Shown: positions 1 to 10,412 of the stretch, in pieces
How positions within the stretch are numbered: the stretch's first letter is position 1
How the letters are laid out: every line of letters starts with the position of its first letter
NCBI GenBank assembly: GCA_035694945.1
Contig: DASSEZ010000029.1
Span: 44,088 to 108,087 of the forward strand
Direction of reading: 5' to 3'
DNA: 64,000 bases
Origin: Vulcanimicrobiaceae bacterium
GTDB taxonomy: Bacteria > Vulcanimicrobiota > Vulcanimicrobiia > Vulcanimicrobiales > Vulcanimicrobiaceae
The notes under the pieces: generated by a model
Seen by the model: the letters and a program-made list of their open reading frames with translations, nothing else
Database searches by the model: none
Told to the model about the DNA's origin: nothing
Translations under genes and position numbers: made by a program

Positions 1-497
1 GCACGATGATCACGGCGCTCGGTACGGGTTTCGGCAGCGAGTTCGACTCGACGAAGCTGCGCTACCACAAGATCATCATCATGACCGACGCCGATGTCGA
101 CGGCTCGCACATCCGCACGCTGCTGCTCACGTTCTTCTACCGGCAGATGAAACCGCTGGTCGAGGAAGGCTTCGTGTACATCGCGCAGCCGCCGCTGTAC
201 GGCATTCGCAAAGGCAAAAAGCAATTCTATGCCTTCAGCGACGCGGAGCTGAAGTCGCTCATCGGCGAGGACGGCAAAGATTTCGTCGTCCAGCAATACA
301 AGGGTCTGGGTGAAATGGATGCCGAGCAGCTCGCGGTGACCACCATGGAGGTGGGCAACCGGCGTCTCAAGCGCATCACCGTGGAAGACGCGGTCGAGGC
401 CGAGCAGATCTTCACCGATCTCATGGGCGACAAAGTCGAGCCGCGCAAGCAGTACATCTTCGACTTCGCCAAGTCGGTGAAGAACCTGGATTTGTAG
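1..497 (+). CDS. gyrB: DNA gyrase subunit B, C-terminal fragment (5' end lies left of the window)
   Basis: The translation contains KIIIMTDADVDGSHIRTLLLTFFYRQM and QQYKGLGEMDAEQL, the Toprim/GyrB C-terminal signatures. The frame is open to the left edge. Stop TAG is at 495-497. Confidence 0.95.
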   Translation, partial: TMITALGTGFGSEFDSTKLRYHKIIIMTDADVDGSHIRTLLLTFFYRQMKPLVEEGFVYIAQPPLYGIRKGKKQFYAFSDAELKSLIGEDGKDFVVQQYKGLGEMDAEQLAVTTMEVGNRRLKRITVEDAVEAEQIFTDLMGDKVEPRKQYIFDFAKSVKNLDL

Positions 498-523
498 GTC
501 TCGACACCTCGGCGGCCCGGAGC

Positions 524-563
524 CTGTGCTGAGCGAAGTCGAAGCGATACCTCAGGATGACAC
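524..563. repeat. Imperfect palindromic unit of a short dispersed repeat family
   Basis: The sequence ctgtgCTGAGcgaagtcgaagcgataCCTCAGgatgacacag has arms ctgtg/cacag and ctgag/ctcag that can pair. The reverse complement of the right half reads GTGTCATCCTGAGG. This is the same motif seen at 11016, 32541, 48378, 49698 and 54874. Confidence 0.6.
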
Positions 564-565
564 AG

Positions 566-601
566 AGACCCTGCACGTTGAGATGCAGGGTCTTTTTATT
601 T
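566..601 (+). terminator. Rho-independent terminator of gyrB
   Basis: A 10-bp stem pairs agaccctgca (566-575) with tgcagggtct (584-593) around an 8-nt loop. It is followed by TTTTTATTT. Confidence 0.85.
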
Positions 602-634
602 CGTTGGGGGTATAACCCGCATCGGAGGGACGGA

Positions 635-3600
635 TTGCGCAAATGGATGGGCGCCGCGGCAGCGGTGCTGCTCATCGTGTTCGTTACGCTCGTGGCGATC
701 TTTCACAACGGCGCCGCGCGCTTTGCGCTCTCCTCCATCGTTCCGCTCGCGACGGGCTACAAAGTCGACATGCAGGAGCTGCGCCTGGAGTCGCGCCACG
801 GCGCGCTCGTCGGCGTGCACGTCTCGCGCAACGGCCAGACGGTGCTCGACGCGAGGCGCATCGACATCTACTACAATCCGCGCGATTTGCTCCCCGGGAG
901 CAATCACCGCTTCGGGCTGACGGCCATCACGATCGATCGACCGCGGATAACGATCGTGCACAACGAGAACGGCACTTACAACATCGCCATCCCCAAAGCA
1001 GTCAGCGGCGGAACGCGGCGGCCGGGCTACAACAACGTGCCGCTCGATTTCACCGTGCGCGTGCGTGACGCATCCGCAAAACTGATCGACGAATACCGCT
1101 ACTATAAGGGAAGCCGCCTGCAGCAGGTCGACCGCATCAACGTCGACATGGCGATCAACAGTGCGCTCAAGACGCGGTACAAGGCGACCGGTTTTTTGGA
1201 GGACGGCGGACCGCAGCACTTTCGCATGGCGGGCACCATCGACTACGCGCGCGGGTACGCGCTGCATCACGTGCAGGTCAAGGCGATTCCGATCGGCACG
1301 ATCGGCAACTACTTCATCAACTCGCCGGCGGCGCATATTTTGGCCGGAACGGTGCACGACTTCGACCTGCATGCGTGGGCGTACGGCGTCGGCCCGAACA
1401 CGCCCGCGGCATATCACCTCTCCGGCAGCGGCTATCTCGCCGGCGGGCTGATGAACGTCAAGAGTTTGGATTCGCCGATTCGCAACATCAACGGACGCAT
1501 CAACGTGTTCGACAGCGGATTTGCCGCACCGCGCGCGACCGCGGTCGTCGGCCACATTCCGATCGTCTTTTCCGGCGGCATCTTCGATTTTGCGCGCCCG
1601 CAATTTCGCCTGGGCGTGGACGGCCGCGGCGATCTTCGCCAGCTGGGCGAGGTCGCGCGCTTCGCCGGGCATCTGCCGATTTACGGCGCCGTGCATATTC
1701 ACGCGCTGATCGAGGGCGACATTGCGGAACCGGTCTTGATGATCGGATACAGCGGCAAGCAGTTCAACTACGGACAGGTGCCGATCGAACATCCGCGCGG
1801 CGTCGTCGCGCTGTACAAGAACACACTCATCGTGCTGCCGTTCCACGCCACGTACGACGGCATCCACATGCATTTGCAAGGCATGCTCGCGCTCGGCAAA
1901 CAGGTAGAGAGCACGCTGACGCTGCACGCCATCGGGCCTTCCGCGCGCATGCCGTACTTGGGTGCGCTGCTGCCGGACCAAACCATGGTGACCGAAGCGC
2001 TCCTGCAAGGCACCGACGTGCGCTTTGACGCGCGCGGTTATCTCGTCTCGCTCACGCATCCGCAAGATCTCAACGGTTTCTATGCGCTCAGTCGCTTGGG
2101 TGTGGGCACGTTCGGACCGATCAGCGTGCGCAATGGTCACGGCGGCTCACTGGTCGCGGGCTTCAGTTTGGATCGGCCGAACGGCAACAGCGCGTTTTGG
2201 GCGTCGGTGCAGGACATGCGCTTGAATCAGCCGGTTCCGGTGAAGATGCCGGGGGTGAACATTCCCGAACTGCCGCCCATCGACGCGCGCATCGTCGAAG
2301 CGAATATCGCCGGAACCGGATCGGGACACAACGTCGTTATCGGCGGCAGCGCGTACATGTCGCCGGCGACGATTGCGGGCGTACCGTTCGATACGATCGC
2401 CGCGCGTTTCGCGGGACCGTTCGCGGCATCGCGCATCAGTCACGTACACGCGGACGGCCCGTGGGGTAGTTTCGACGGCAACGGCACGTTCGCACCGAAT
2501 CTCATCGTCGCGCGCGGCGGGTATTCCGGCACGTTCCAAGGGCTGCACATGTTCCTGGGCGGTTTTCCGGTGAGCGGCGCGATCAGCGGACCGATGGCCA
2601 TCGCGATCGCGCAAGGCAAGATTTACGTACAAGCGCAAAACGCGCAGCTGCGCAACGCCAGCATGCACGGCATTCCGATCAGCAGCGTTTCGGGCACGAT
2701 GGCGTATGACAACGGCGTTTTGCGTGTGTTTTCCGCACAGGCGAAAGCCGCGGGCGGAACGGTCGTTGCCGCCGGCAGTTTCGCAACGCAGCCCAGCAAA
2801 GAACAAACACGCTTGACGCTCGCGACGACGGAACTGAACGCGGCGCAAGCGATGCACGGCTTCGGCGTACCGATCTCCGGCGGCAAAATCCGTGCGGTGG
2901 GCGCGATCGCGCCGGGCGGCAGCGTGCCGAACATCGACGCGGGCGTCGTGCTGCGTAACGGACGCGCCGCCGGGTACGGACCGTTTTCCGCGAGCGCGGA
3001 AGTGGCGATTGCAAGCGACACACTGCATGTGAACCACACGATCGCCTCGCTCGACGATACGTTCGCGCACGTGCGCGGATCCGTCGGTAACTTGGCCGGC
3101 GGCGTGCCGGATTACGACGTGCACGCGAGCGTGCCGGTCGGCGACTTGGCGAGCGTCGCGCGTCTGGCGCCCGTACCGACGTACTATGCGGAAGGCAGTT
3201 TCGCCGGCGATCTGCTCATCGGCGGCTCGGGCGTAAACCCGCGCGTGCGCGGCGCGCTGCAAGTTCCGGTCGGCAGTATCAACGGGCTTGGCTTTGCGGA
3301 TGCTCACGCGCATGTCGACGCCAGCCGCCGCGGCGTGTCGATTCAAAGCGGCGGCGTTACGGTCGGTACGACGAAAGCGGATTTTTCCGCGACGGTCAGC
3401 ACGAGCGAGCTCGCATTTTCCATGGAATCGCGCCGCGCCGATCTGACGGACTTCAACGATTTCTTCGATACCGGCGACACGCTCGCCGGAAAAGGCGCGG
3501 TCGATCTCGCGTTCGAGCATTTCGACCGGCTCACGTATACGGCAGGCAACGTCAATTTGAACGGGTTTCGCTACCGGCGCTTTCCGATAGGCGACACGAT

Positions 3601-5875
3601 CGCGCATTGGACCAGCGTTCGCAACGTGGCGCAAGGCACCGTCGACATCGGCGGCGAGCACGGGCTGCTGCGCGCATCCGGAACGATTGCGTTCGCGCGG
3701 AGCGGAGATCTCGCGTCGCTGCTCACGCGTTCGCGGTACAACATCAGCGGGTCGCTCACCAATCTCGACTTGACCACCTGGCTGCCGGCGCTCGGGTTCT
3801 CGCAGGTGCCCGTCACGGGCCGCGTCGACGGCAGCGCGCAGGTGCGCGGAACGTTTCCGCATCTGGCGGTAACGGGCAACGCCGCGATGCGTGAGGGCAC
3901 GGTGGGACCGCTCACCATCGAGAAAGCGGAAATTGCGGCGCGCACCGCGCCCAATGATCGCATCGACGTCACGCACGTGCTCGTCGATCTGCCGGCACTG
4001 GAAGCAACGGGCAGCGGGAGCTTCGGTCTTGCTGCGAAGGCGCCGGTCGATTTTCAAGTGCACGCGGTCACCGACGATCTGCCGCGGCTGGTCGCGAGCG
4101 TTTCGAAAAAACGCCTCGACGTGCGCGGACACATCGAATCGACGCTGTCGATCGGCGGCACGTTCAACGCGCCGAAATTTTCCGCCGGCGTCGACGCATC
4201 GAATCTCGACGTCTACGGCATCAGCATTCCGTCGTTCGTCGGCCAGGTACAGCTGCATCGCAAAGATATCGTGGTACGCAACGCCGAGCTTTCACTGCCG
4301 CGCGGACGCATGACGATTGCGGGATCGCTCCCGCTGCAGTTGCAGCCGTTTGCCTTCGGTCCGAAAACCGCGGCGATCTCGATGGACGCAACGGCCACCG
4401 ACGTCGACCTCGCAACGTTCCAATCGCTGCTCGGCAACGACACGCGCTTGGCGGGTGCACTCAACGGGCACTTGGGCATCTCCGGAACGGTGGGCAATCC
4501 GCGCATCTTCGGACAAGTCTCAGCGACGAATGCAAGTTACGTGAGCGCTCTCGAAGTAACGCCGATCACGCAAACGGTCGCGCAACTCACGTTCGAAGGA
4601 ACGCATGCGACGCTCGACCGTCTGCACGCTCAGCTCGGCGGCGGCACGCTCGACGGCAGCGGGTCGCTCAATTTCGGCGGCGGACTTTCGGGCGGACCGC
4701 TCGGCTACGCGATTGCGCTGCAAACGCGCGGTGCGCAAATCTCGATGCCGCAGTTCGGTTCGGGCACGTTCGACTCGTCGCTCTCGCTGCAGCGAACGCC
4801 CGGCCAACTCGCGCAACTCAAAGGAAAAGCGACAATCAGCAGCACGGTCATTTCCTTTAACTCGCTGCTCGCGCTCAGCGGCGGCGCGCCCAGCGGCGTG
4901 AAAACCGGTCCGCCGTTCAATCTGGGCTTCGATCTGGGCATCACCGCCGGCAAGGACGTGCATGTGCGCAGCGGCGGCGTCGGGCTATTCGGCCTGGACA
5001 TCTCCGGTGAAGGAACCGCGCACCTGGCGGGAACGCTCGAAAAGCCGGCCATGACCGGGCAGTTCAACTCCGCCGGCGGCACGCTCACGCTCATCGATCG
5101 CGCGTTTCGCGTGGAAGAAGGGCGCGTCACGTTCAACCCCGCGAACGGCGCCCTGCCGGACATCTACGCCGTCGCGACGACCACGGTCACCAATCCAGAC
5201 CCCAACCCGCAGCGCAATCCGACGGGCAGCACGCAAATTACCGCGCGCGTGAACGGCACGGTGCCGCAGGTCAAAATCAGCCTGACTTCGAGCCCGGGCG
5301 GTTACACCGAACAGCAGCTCCTGGCACTGCTGCTGCCGCTCAATGCGCTCGCCGGCCCGATTCAGTTCACCGATACCGGCGTCGTGCTTCCGGCCGGACA
5401 GATCGCGGGCGCGCCCGCACCCGGCACCGGCGCGCTGCTGCCGAACATTTTCGAGCGCCGTGAAAACGGCACGGTGACAATCGGCCAAGAGGCATTCAAT
5501 ATCCTCAACGCCCAGTTCACCAGCGGCCTATTGGCGCCGCTCGAGACCGCGCTGAGCAGCACCCTCGGACTTTCCGACGTGAACCTGACCGTCGACTATG
5601 GCGGCAACGTCGGCATCAGTCTGCGCCGCCCGCTGGCTCACGACTTCTATGCCATCTACGGCACCTCGCTGGGCGTTCCGGTTCGTCAGACCTACGGCTT
5701 CGCGTATCAGCCGAACGCGTTCACCTCGGCGCAGTTCACGATGTTCTTCCAGCAGGGGCCGACGCCGCTGTTCTTGAGCCCCGGTCAAGTGCTCTCGAAC
5801 AATCCGCGCGCCACGGCGGGGCAGGCGGTCCAGGGCACCAGCGGTTTCACCTTCCTGTTCCAACGGTTGTTCTAG
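635..5875 (+). CDS. tamB: TamB-like translocation and assembly module protein (about 1750 aa)
   Basis: It has an N-terminal anchor helix (AAAAVLLIVFVTLVAIF) and a very long G/A/V/T-rich beta-type body. The DUF490/TamB-like C-terminal part ends in FLFQRLF. It lies directly upstream of bamA. I moved the start from the ORF-track ATG 557, which lies inside the gyrB terminator, to TTG 635 with GGAGGGA 5 nt upstream. ATG 647 is an alternative. Confidence 0.8.
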   Translation: MRKWMGAAAAVLLIVFVTLVAIFHNGAARFALSSIVPLATGYKVDMQELRLESRHGALVGVHVSRNGQTVLDARRIDIYYNPRDLLPGSNHRFGLTAITIDRPRITIVHNENGTYNIAIPKAVSGGTRRPGYNNVPLDFTVRVRDASAKLIDEYRYYKGSRLQQVDRINVDMAINSALKTRYKATGFLEDGGPQHFRMAGTIDYARGYALHHVQVKAIPIGTIGNYFINSPAAHILAGTVHDFDLHAWAYGVGPNTPAAYHLSGSGYLAGGLMNVKSLDSPIRNINGRINVFDSGFAAPRATAVVGHIPIVFSGGIFDFARPQFRLGVDGRGDLRQLGEVARFAGHLPIYGAVHIHALIEGDIAEPVLMIGYSGKQFNYGQVPIEHPRGVVALYKNTLIVLPFHATYDGIHMHLQGMLALGKQVESTLTLHAIGPSARMPYLGALLPDQTMVTEALLQGTDVRFDARGYLVSLTHPQDLNGFYALSRLGVGTFGPISVRNGHGGSLVAGFSLDRPNGNSAFWASVQDMRLNQPVPVKMPGVNIPELPPIDARIVEANIAGTGSGHNVVIGGSAYMSPATIAGVPFDTIAARFAGPFAASRISHVHADGPWGSFDGNGTFAPNLIVARGGYSGTFQGLHMFLGGFPVSGAISGPMAIAIAQGKIYVQAQNAQLRNASMHGIPISSVSGTMAYDNGVLRVFSAQAKAAGGTVVAAGSFATQPSKEQTRLTLATTELNAAQAMHGFGVPISGGKIRAVGAIAPGGSVPNIDAGVVLRNGRAAGYGPFSASAEVAIASDTLHVNHTIASLDDTFAHVRGSVGNLAGGVPDYDVHASVPVGDLASVARLAPVPTYYAEGSFAGDLLIGGSGVNPRVRGALQVPVGSINGLGFADAHAHVDASRRGVSIQSGGVTVGTTKADFSATVSTSELAFSMESRRADLTDFNDFFDTGDTLAGKGAVDLAFEHFDRLTYTAGNVNLNGFRYRRFPIGDTIAHWTSVRNVAQGTVDIGGEHGLLRASGTIAFARSGDLASLLTRSRYNISGSLTNLDLTTWLPALGFSQVPVTGRVDGSAQVRGTFPHLAVTGNAAMREGTVGPLTIEKAEIAARTAPNDRIDVTHVLVDLPALEATGSGSFGLAAKAPVDFQVHAVTDDLPRLVASVSKKRLDVRGHIESTLSIGGTFNAPKFSAGVDASNLDVYGISIPSFVGQVQLHRKDIVVRNAELSLPRGRMTIAGSLPLQLQPFAFGPKTAAISMDATATDVDLATFQSLLGNDTRLAGALNGHLGISGTVGNPRIFGQVSATNASYVSALEVTPITQTVAQLTFEGTHATLDRLHAQLGGGTLDGSGSLNFGGGLSGGPLGYAIALQTRGAQISMPQFGSGTFDSSLSLQRTPGQLAQLKGKATISSTVISFNSLLALSGGAPSGVKTGPPFNLGFDLGITAGKDVHVRSGGVGLFGLDISGEGTAHLAGTLEKPAMTGQFNSAGGTLTLIDRAFRVEEGRVTFNPANGALPDIYAVATTTVTNPDPNPQRNPTGSTQITARVNGTVPQVKISLTSSPGGYTEQQLLALLLPLNALAGPIQFTDTGVVLPAGQIAGAPAPGTGALLPNIFERRENGTVTIGQEAFNILNAQFTSGLLAPLETALSSTLGLSDVNLTVDYGGNVGISLRRPLAHDFYAIYGTSLGVPVRQTYGFAYQPNAFTSAQFTMFFQQGPTPLFLSPGQVLSNNPRATAGQAVQGTSGFTFLFQRLF

Positions 5876-6031
5876 CCGCCCCTTGCTACACGCACGCGCA
5901 AAGGCAGGGCACGAGGCTGCGTTCGCGAACAGCCGGTGCGGGTCGAAAGGAAACACAGCGCACGTGTGGCGCGTTACACTCCTGACGCCACCAGCGTTGG
6001 AGCGATCGAACTCTCAAGGGAAAGATTTTTG

Positions 6032-8314
6032 ATGACCTCAACCCTCTGGCGTGCGCGCGGCGCGCTCCACCGGTGTGCGGGCCTGGTACTCGCACTTGCT
6101 TCCATCTTCATGGTGATTTCGCCGGCGCCGGCGCTCTCCGCGTCCGCACCGAAGATCGTCTCCGTGGACGTGTCGGGAAACGTCCACGTACCGACGCAGA
6201 CGATCATGTCCGTGGTGCAAGCGCGTCCGGGACAACCCTACGATCCCAAGGTGGTGCAGGGCGATCTGCAGCGCATCTTCGCGCTCGGATATTTTTCCGA
6301 TCAGGCCGCACCGCTGATTCGCCAGCGCCCCAAAGGCATCGCGATTACCTACCGCGTGATCGAAAATCCGGTCATCACGAAGATTCAGTTCGACGGTAAC
6401 AAGCACGTGCCGGCGGATACGCTGCTCGCGCTCATGGACACCTCGGTCGGCCAGGTGCTCAACATGAACACGCTGCGCAACGACTTCCTGAAGATCAACT
6501 CGTATTACGATCGCATCGGGTACGGCGGTCAGTTGCCCTCGCACGTCAAGAACTTGAACATCGACGCGAAGAGCGATGCGCTGACGATCGACATCCAGGA
6601 AGGCTTGACGATCACCGGCGTCACGGTTGGCGGCGACCCGCTGCTGCCTCCGACGGCGATCGTTCCCGTGCTCAGCGCAAAGTCCGGCGAAGAATTCTCC
6701 GATCAGATGAGCCAGACCGATTATCAGGCGCTCACGAAGTTGTACGACAAATACAACCTCATCATCGCCAACTTCGACGAAGGCATCGACCCGTCCACGA
6801 TCGATCAGAAAGCCGGCACCGCGAAAGTCAAAACCGACGTGTACGTCGCGCGCGTGGGTCTGGTGCAAATCACCGGCAACACGAAAACCAAAGACCAGGT
6901 GATCCGCCGTGAACTCGGCGAGCGTCCCGGCATGATTTTGACCAAGACGGGCGTGCAGCGCGATCTCGAGCGGTTGAACAACACCGGCTTCTTCTCGAAA
7001 GTCGACGTCAACCCGAAACCGTGTCCGGAAGAGATGACCAAGAAAGATCCGGGCTGCGTTACGCTGCAGTGGGTCGTCACCGAACAGAAAACCGCATCGG
7101 CATCGGTCGGCGCCGGCTACTCCGGTGGTTTGACCGGCCAGGGCCTCTACGGCACCATCGGCTATCAGGACAACAACTTGCACGGCACGGGCAACGCGGT
7201 CTCGCTGCAGCTCGAGCGCGGCTCCCGCAGCTACGTGACGCAGGCGCAAATCTCGATTCCGTACGTCGGCAACACACCGCAGTCGCAGAAGTGGAGTTTG
7301 GGCGGCTCGGTTTTCGCCAACGGCTACACGTACTTCTATCCGGTGTACACGACGGCAGTCGGCGCGTCCGCAATCGCATCGCCGCCGCCGGGTTCGCAGG
7401 TGAAGATTCCGGTGACGCTGCTTCCCAGCGGCAACGCTCAGCTCGTCAGCGGCGTCGTCGCGACGAGTACGGCGAAGTCTGCCGGTATCAACGTGAGCGT
7501 CGGACGGCGCCTCACGGACTACGTGACCGCCAGCGTGTTGACGGCCGTCGAAAACGTGACGAACAGCACGACGGTCCCCACGCCGTACCAATTCCAGAGC
7601 ACGCAGCCGAACATCGTCGTCGGACCGACGCCGGGGCCGCTCAACAATTTGAGCAGCAGCACCGGCAGCTTCGGCATTGTCGCGAGCTCGATTGCGAACA
7701 TCAACACGGGCACGCCATATCGTCTGAATCAGGTGACGTTCGGTTTGGCGACCAACCCCGCAACGATGCTCGACGATATCTTCAATCCGCGCCACGGCGA
7801 AACGGCCTCGCTCACGGAGACGCTCTCCTCGCCGTCCATCGGATCGAACTTCTCGTTCACGCAAACATCGCTGGACCTTGCCAAGTTCTTCCCGGTGCTC
7901 AAGGACTCGACGTTCGCGATCCACGGACAGGGACGCACGTCCACCGGCGCCATTCCGCCGAGCAACTTGTACACGTTCTCCGATCAGCAGCTGCGCGGAT
8001 ACGACAGCGTATTCTACGGAACAGACACGCTGCTCGGACAGATCGAGCTGCGCAAGCCGCTCACGCCCGACCGCAAATTCGGCATCGCCGTGTTCGTGGA
8101 CGAAGGCGGTTTCCGGGTGCGCGGCGCGCAACCGCTGCTCGATCCCTACACCAACCGCATCATCGGCTATCCGAGTCAATGGTCGTGGCGCGGTGACTAC
8201 GGCATCGGTTTGCGTTTCGACGTGCCGCAGCTCGGACTGCACACGATCCGCATCGACTTTGCCAAAGGCTCAAACGGCACGCATACCAGCTTCGGCATCG
8301 GCCAAAGCTTCTAG
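6032..8314 (+). CDS. bamA: Outer membrane protein assembly factor BamA (Omp85 family)
   Basis: A signal peptide follows ATG 6032. POTRA-like repeats are present (KIVSVDVSGNVHVP, ITKIQFDGNKHVP, VQITGNTKTKDQVIRREL). A long beta-barrel part ends in FGIGQSF, with the aromatic C-terminus typical of OMPs. Confidence 0.9.
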   Translation: MTSTLWRARGALHRCAGLVLALASIFMVISPAPALSASAPKIVSVDVSGNVHVPTQTIMSVVQARPGQPYDPKVVQGDLQRIFALGYFSDQAAPLIRQRPKGIAITYRVIENPVITKIQFDGNKHVPADTLLALMDTSVGQVLNMNTLRNDFLKINSYYDRIGYGGQLPSHVKNLNIDAKSDALTIDIQEGLTITGVTVGGDPLLPPTAIVPVLSAKSGEEFSDQMSQTDYQALTKLYDKYNLIIANFDEGIDPSTIDQKAGTAKVKTDVYVARVGLVQITGNTKTKDQVIRRELGERPGMILTKTGVQRDLERLNNTGFFSKVDVNPKPCPEEMTKKDPGCVTLQWVVTEQKTASASVGAGYSGGLTGQGLYGTIGYQDNNLHGTGNAVSLQLERGSRSYVTQAQISIPYVGNTPQSQKWSLGGSVFANGYTYFYPVYTTAVGASAIASPPPGSQVKIPVTLLPSGNAQLVSGVVATSTAKSAGINVSVGRRLTDYVTASVLTAVENVTNSTTVPTPYQFQSTQPNIVVGPTPGPLNNLSSSTGSFGIVASSIANINTGTPYRLNQVTFGLATNPATMLDDIFNPRHGETASLTETLSSPSIGSNFSFTQTSLDLAKFFPVLKDSTFAIHGQGRTSTGAIPPSNLYTFSDQQLRGYDSVFYGTDTLLGQIELRKPLTPDRKFGIAVFVDEGGFRVRGAQPLLDPYTNRIIGYPSQWSWRGDYGIGLRFDVPQLGLHTIRIDFAKGSNGTHTSFGIGQSF

Positions 8315-8320
8315 AGGACC

Positions 8321-9127
8321 ATGGAAATTCGAAAACTCATTCGTTTGCTGGCGGCCGCCGCGGTTTTGACCTTTATCGCGGCGCCCGTTGCCATTGCCGC
8401 CGACCTGACCGACGTCGGTTACATCGATCAGGCGGCTATCGGCGCGCTTCCGCAATTCCAGAAAGCCAATCAACAAGTCGCGCAATATAAGTCCAAACTC
8501 GACCCGCAGTTCGCTGCGGCAATGAAGAACGCGAAGTCGCCGGACGCACAGCAGAAAGTTCAGCAAGACTTTCAAAACAAATTCATGGACGAGCAGCGCA
8601 CGGTTCTCGGGCCGCTGTTTGCGCGCGCACAGGCCGCGATCGCGCAGGTCAGTTCCAATCGCAAACTCACGGTCGTCGTCGACAAGCGCATCGTCGTGTA
8701 CGGCGGGCAAGACATCACCAAGGACGTGATCGATCTGGTCAACGGTCCGGGTCCGGTGGTGCCGCCGGTTGCCACGCCCGGTCCCTCGTCGATCGGCTTT
8801 ATCGACCAGACGCAGATAGACCAAGTGCCAAAGATTAAAAAGGCCAACGACGACTTCAGCAAGTGGGCCAACGATCAGCGCACGCAGGCGATCAAAGACA
8901 TGCAAGGCGCCAAGAAAGACAAGAACAAGCAGCAGCAGATCTTCCAGGATTATCAGAAAAAGCTGGTGGCGCAGCAGGACAAGGTCCTCAAACCGCTTGT
9001 CGATCAGACGCGCGACGCAATGGGCAAGGTCGCCTCGCAGAAGCACTTGATTCTGGTCGTCGATCGCTCGGACATCATCTACGGGGGAACGGACATCACC
9101 AAAGATGTCCAAAATGCGCTTCAGTAA
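8321..9127 (+). CDS. skp: Periplasmic chaperone Skp/OmpH, internally duplicated (two modules)
   Basis: It has a signal peptide (AAAVLTFIAAPVAIA). Two tandem modules each begin (V/I)G(Y/F)IDQ. They end VVVDKRIVVYGGQDITKDV and VVDRSDIIYGGTDITKDV respectively. Confidence 0.8.
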   Translation: MEIRKLIRLLAAAAVLTFIAAPVAIAADLTDVGYIDQAAIGALPQFQKANQQVAQYKSKLDPQFAAAMKNAKSPDAQQKVQQDFQNKFMDEQRTVLGPLFARAQAAIAQVSSNRKLTVVVDKRIVVYGGQDITKDVIDLVNGPGPVVPPVATPGPSSIGFIDQTQIDQVPKIKKANDDFSKWANDQRTQAIKDMQGAKKDKNKQQQIFQDYQKKLVAQQDKVLKPLVDQTRDAMGKVASQKHLILVVDRSDIIYGGTDITKDVQNALQ

Positions 9128-10412
9128 AGCTGCGTGCGCGCTGCTGGCCGCTCTGGCACTCAGCGCGTGCGCGCATCAGCCGCAGCCCGATGATCCGAAC
9201 GTTAGAGGCATCGGGTACGTTCGCATTGACGACGTCATCAAGGTGCATCCGCTCTATCCGCAACTCTCGCAGCTGCAGGATTCGATCGATGCGCTCAACT
9301 TGAAGGCGCTCGGTGCGGCGGCGGTTCCGCGCACCCCGGCGCAGATCGCGTCGGAAACCAAGGAACTCAACCGCGAACTCAAACAAGCACAGGACCGCGC
9401 GAACGCGATCCTGCGTCAAAAGCAGGCCGATTACCAGCGGCGCGAACAGGCCGCGATCAACGCGGCGCTGGCTGCGGCCGGCGCCGGCACGAACGGCAAC
9501 GCCCCCGTTTCCGCCATGCAGAACGTGACGGCGCAGCAGGCGCAGCAAGTCACGCAGCAGGCCAACGCCGATTTTCAGGCCTACCAGAAAAGCGTGATCG
9601 CGCAAGACAACGCGGCGGTCAAACGCATCAGCCAGCAGCTGGGCGATCGCGCGAACAAAGCGTACCGGCAAAAAGCGACGCAACTGCAGGAGAAAGAGTC
9701 GCAGCTCGGTCTGGAACTCTCGCAGCAGGACGCGTCCAAGCGCCTGGACCTGCGCATGAAACTCGGCAATCTCGCGCTTTCGGACGCGCAGCGCAAGCAG
9801 TACCGCGACCAACTCGCGGCGCTCGATTCGAATGAAGCGGCGGTCGTCGACGCGCAGCGCAAGCGCGACCAAAAAGAACTGGCCGATTATCAAAAGCAAC
9901 TGCGCGAGCAAACGTCCAAACAGATCGCCGATCAGGTCGCGAAGATTCGTTCCGAAACGCAGTCGAAATTGGAATCGCGGCGCAACGAGGTGAGCGCGCA
10001 AGTCTCCTCGCAGCTCAAAGGCTTGCAGCCGGCGCCCATCCCCTCGAATTTGCCGGCGCAGACGCGTGACAAACTGGCGCAGATCGACAAACAGTTCAAA
10101 TCGGAATTTCAGGCGGACGCGCAAAAGACGATCGACCAGTATCAGTCGACCAAGTCCGATCTCGATGCGCAGTACGCGGCGCTGCAAGGCGCCGACGGCA
10201 CGGCAACGGGCGCGGCGAACAAAGAAGTCGCCGAACTGCAGCGGCAGCGCGACGAGTTGTACAACAAAATGGTGGATCAAGTGAAGCGTGACGCCGGCAC
10301 GGTTGCCGCAAAACGCGGATTGCAAGTGGTCTTCATCAGCGTGGTTGCCGCGCCAGGCGGCATCGACTTGACGAACGACGTGGAAAAGGACATCGAGAGC
10401 TTACATCAGTGA
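9105..10412 (+). CDS. Skp/OmpH-like lipoprotein with a greatly expanded coiled-coil arm
   Basis: It carries a lipobox (LAALALSAC). The N-terminal IGYVRIDDVIKVHPLYPQL and the C-terminal GLQVVFISVVAAPGGIDLTNDV match the conserved ends of the neighbouring Skp genes. The middle is about 330 aa of Q/A/K/R-rich heptad-like sequence. It overlaps the previous gene by 23 nt; ATG 9114 is an alternative start. Confidence 0.6.
   Translation: MSKMRFSKAACALLAALALSACAHQPQPDDPNVRGIGYVRIDDVIKVHPLYPQLSQLQDSIDALNLKALGAAAVPRTPAQIASETKELNRELKQAQDRANAILRQKQADYQRREQAAINAALAAAGAGTNGNAPVSAMQNVTAQQAQQVTQQANADFQAYQKSVIAQDNAAVKRISQQLGDRANKAYRQKATQLQEKESQLGLELSQQDASKRLDLRMKLGNLALSDAQRKQYRDQLAALDSNEAAVVDAQRKRDQKELADYQKQLREQTSKQIADQVAKIRSETQSKLESRRNEVSAQVSSQLKGLQPAPIPSNLPAQTRDKLAQIDKQFKSEFQADAQKTIDQYQSTKSDLDAQYAALQGADGTATGAANKEVAELQRQRDELYNKMVDQVKRDAGTVAAKRGLQVVFISVVAAPGGIDLTNDVEKDIESLHQ

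Noticed and set aside
557-634. The ORF-track start (ATG 557) for the tamB-like gene.
   Set aside because: It lies inside the palindromic repeat and the gyrB terminator hairpin (566-601). The encoded MTQRPCTLRCRVFLFRWGYNPHRRDG is not signal- or anchor-like. TTG 635 or ATG 647 precede the real TM helix.
5936-6031. The upstream ATG 5936 as the bamA start.
   Set aside because: The 32 extra residues are not signal-like. ATG 6032 is preceded by AAGGGAAAG and is followed directly by a signal peptide.
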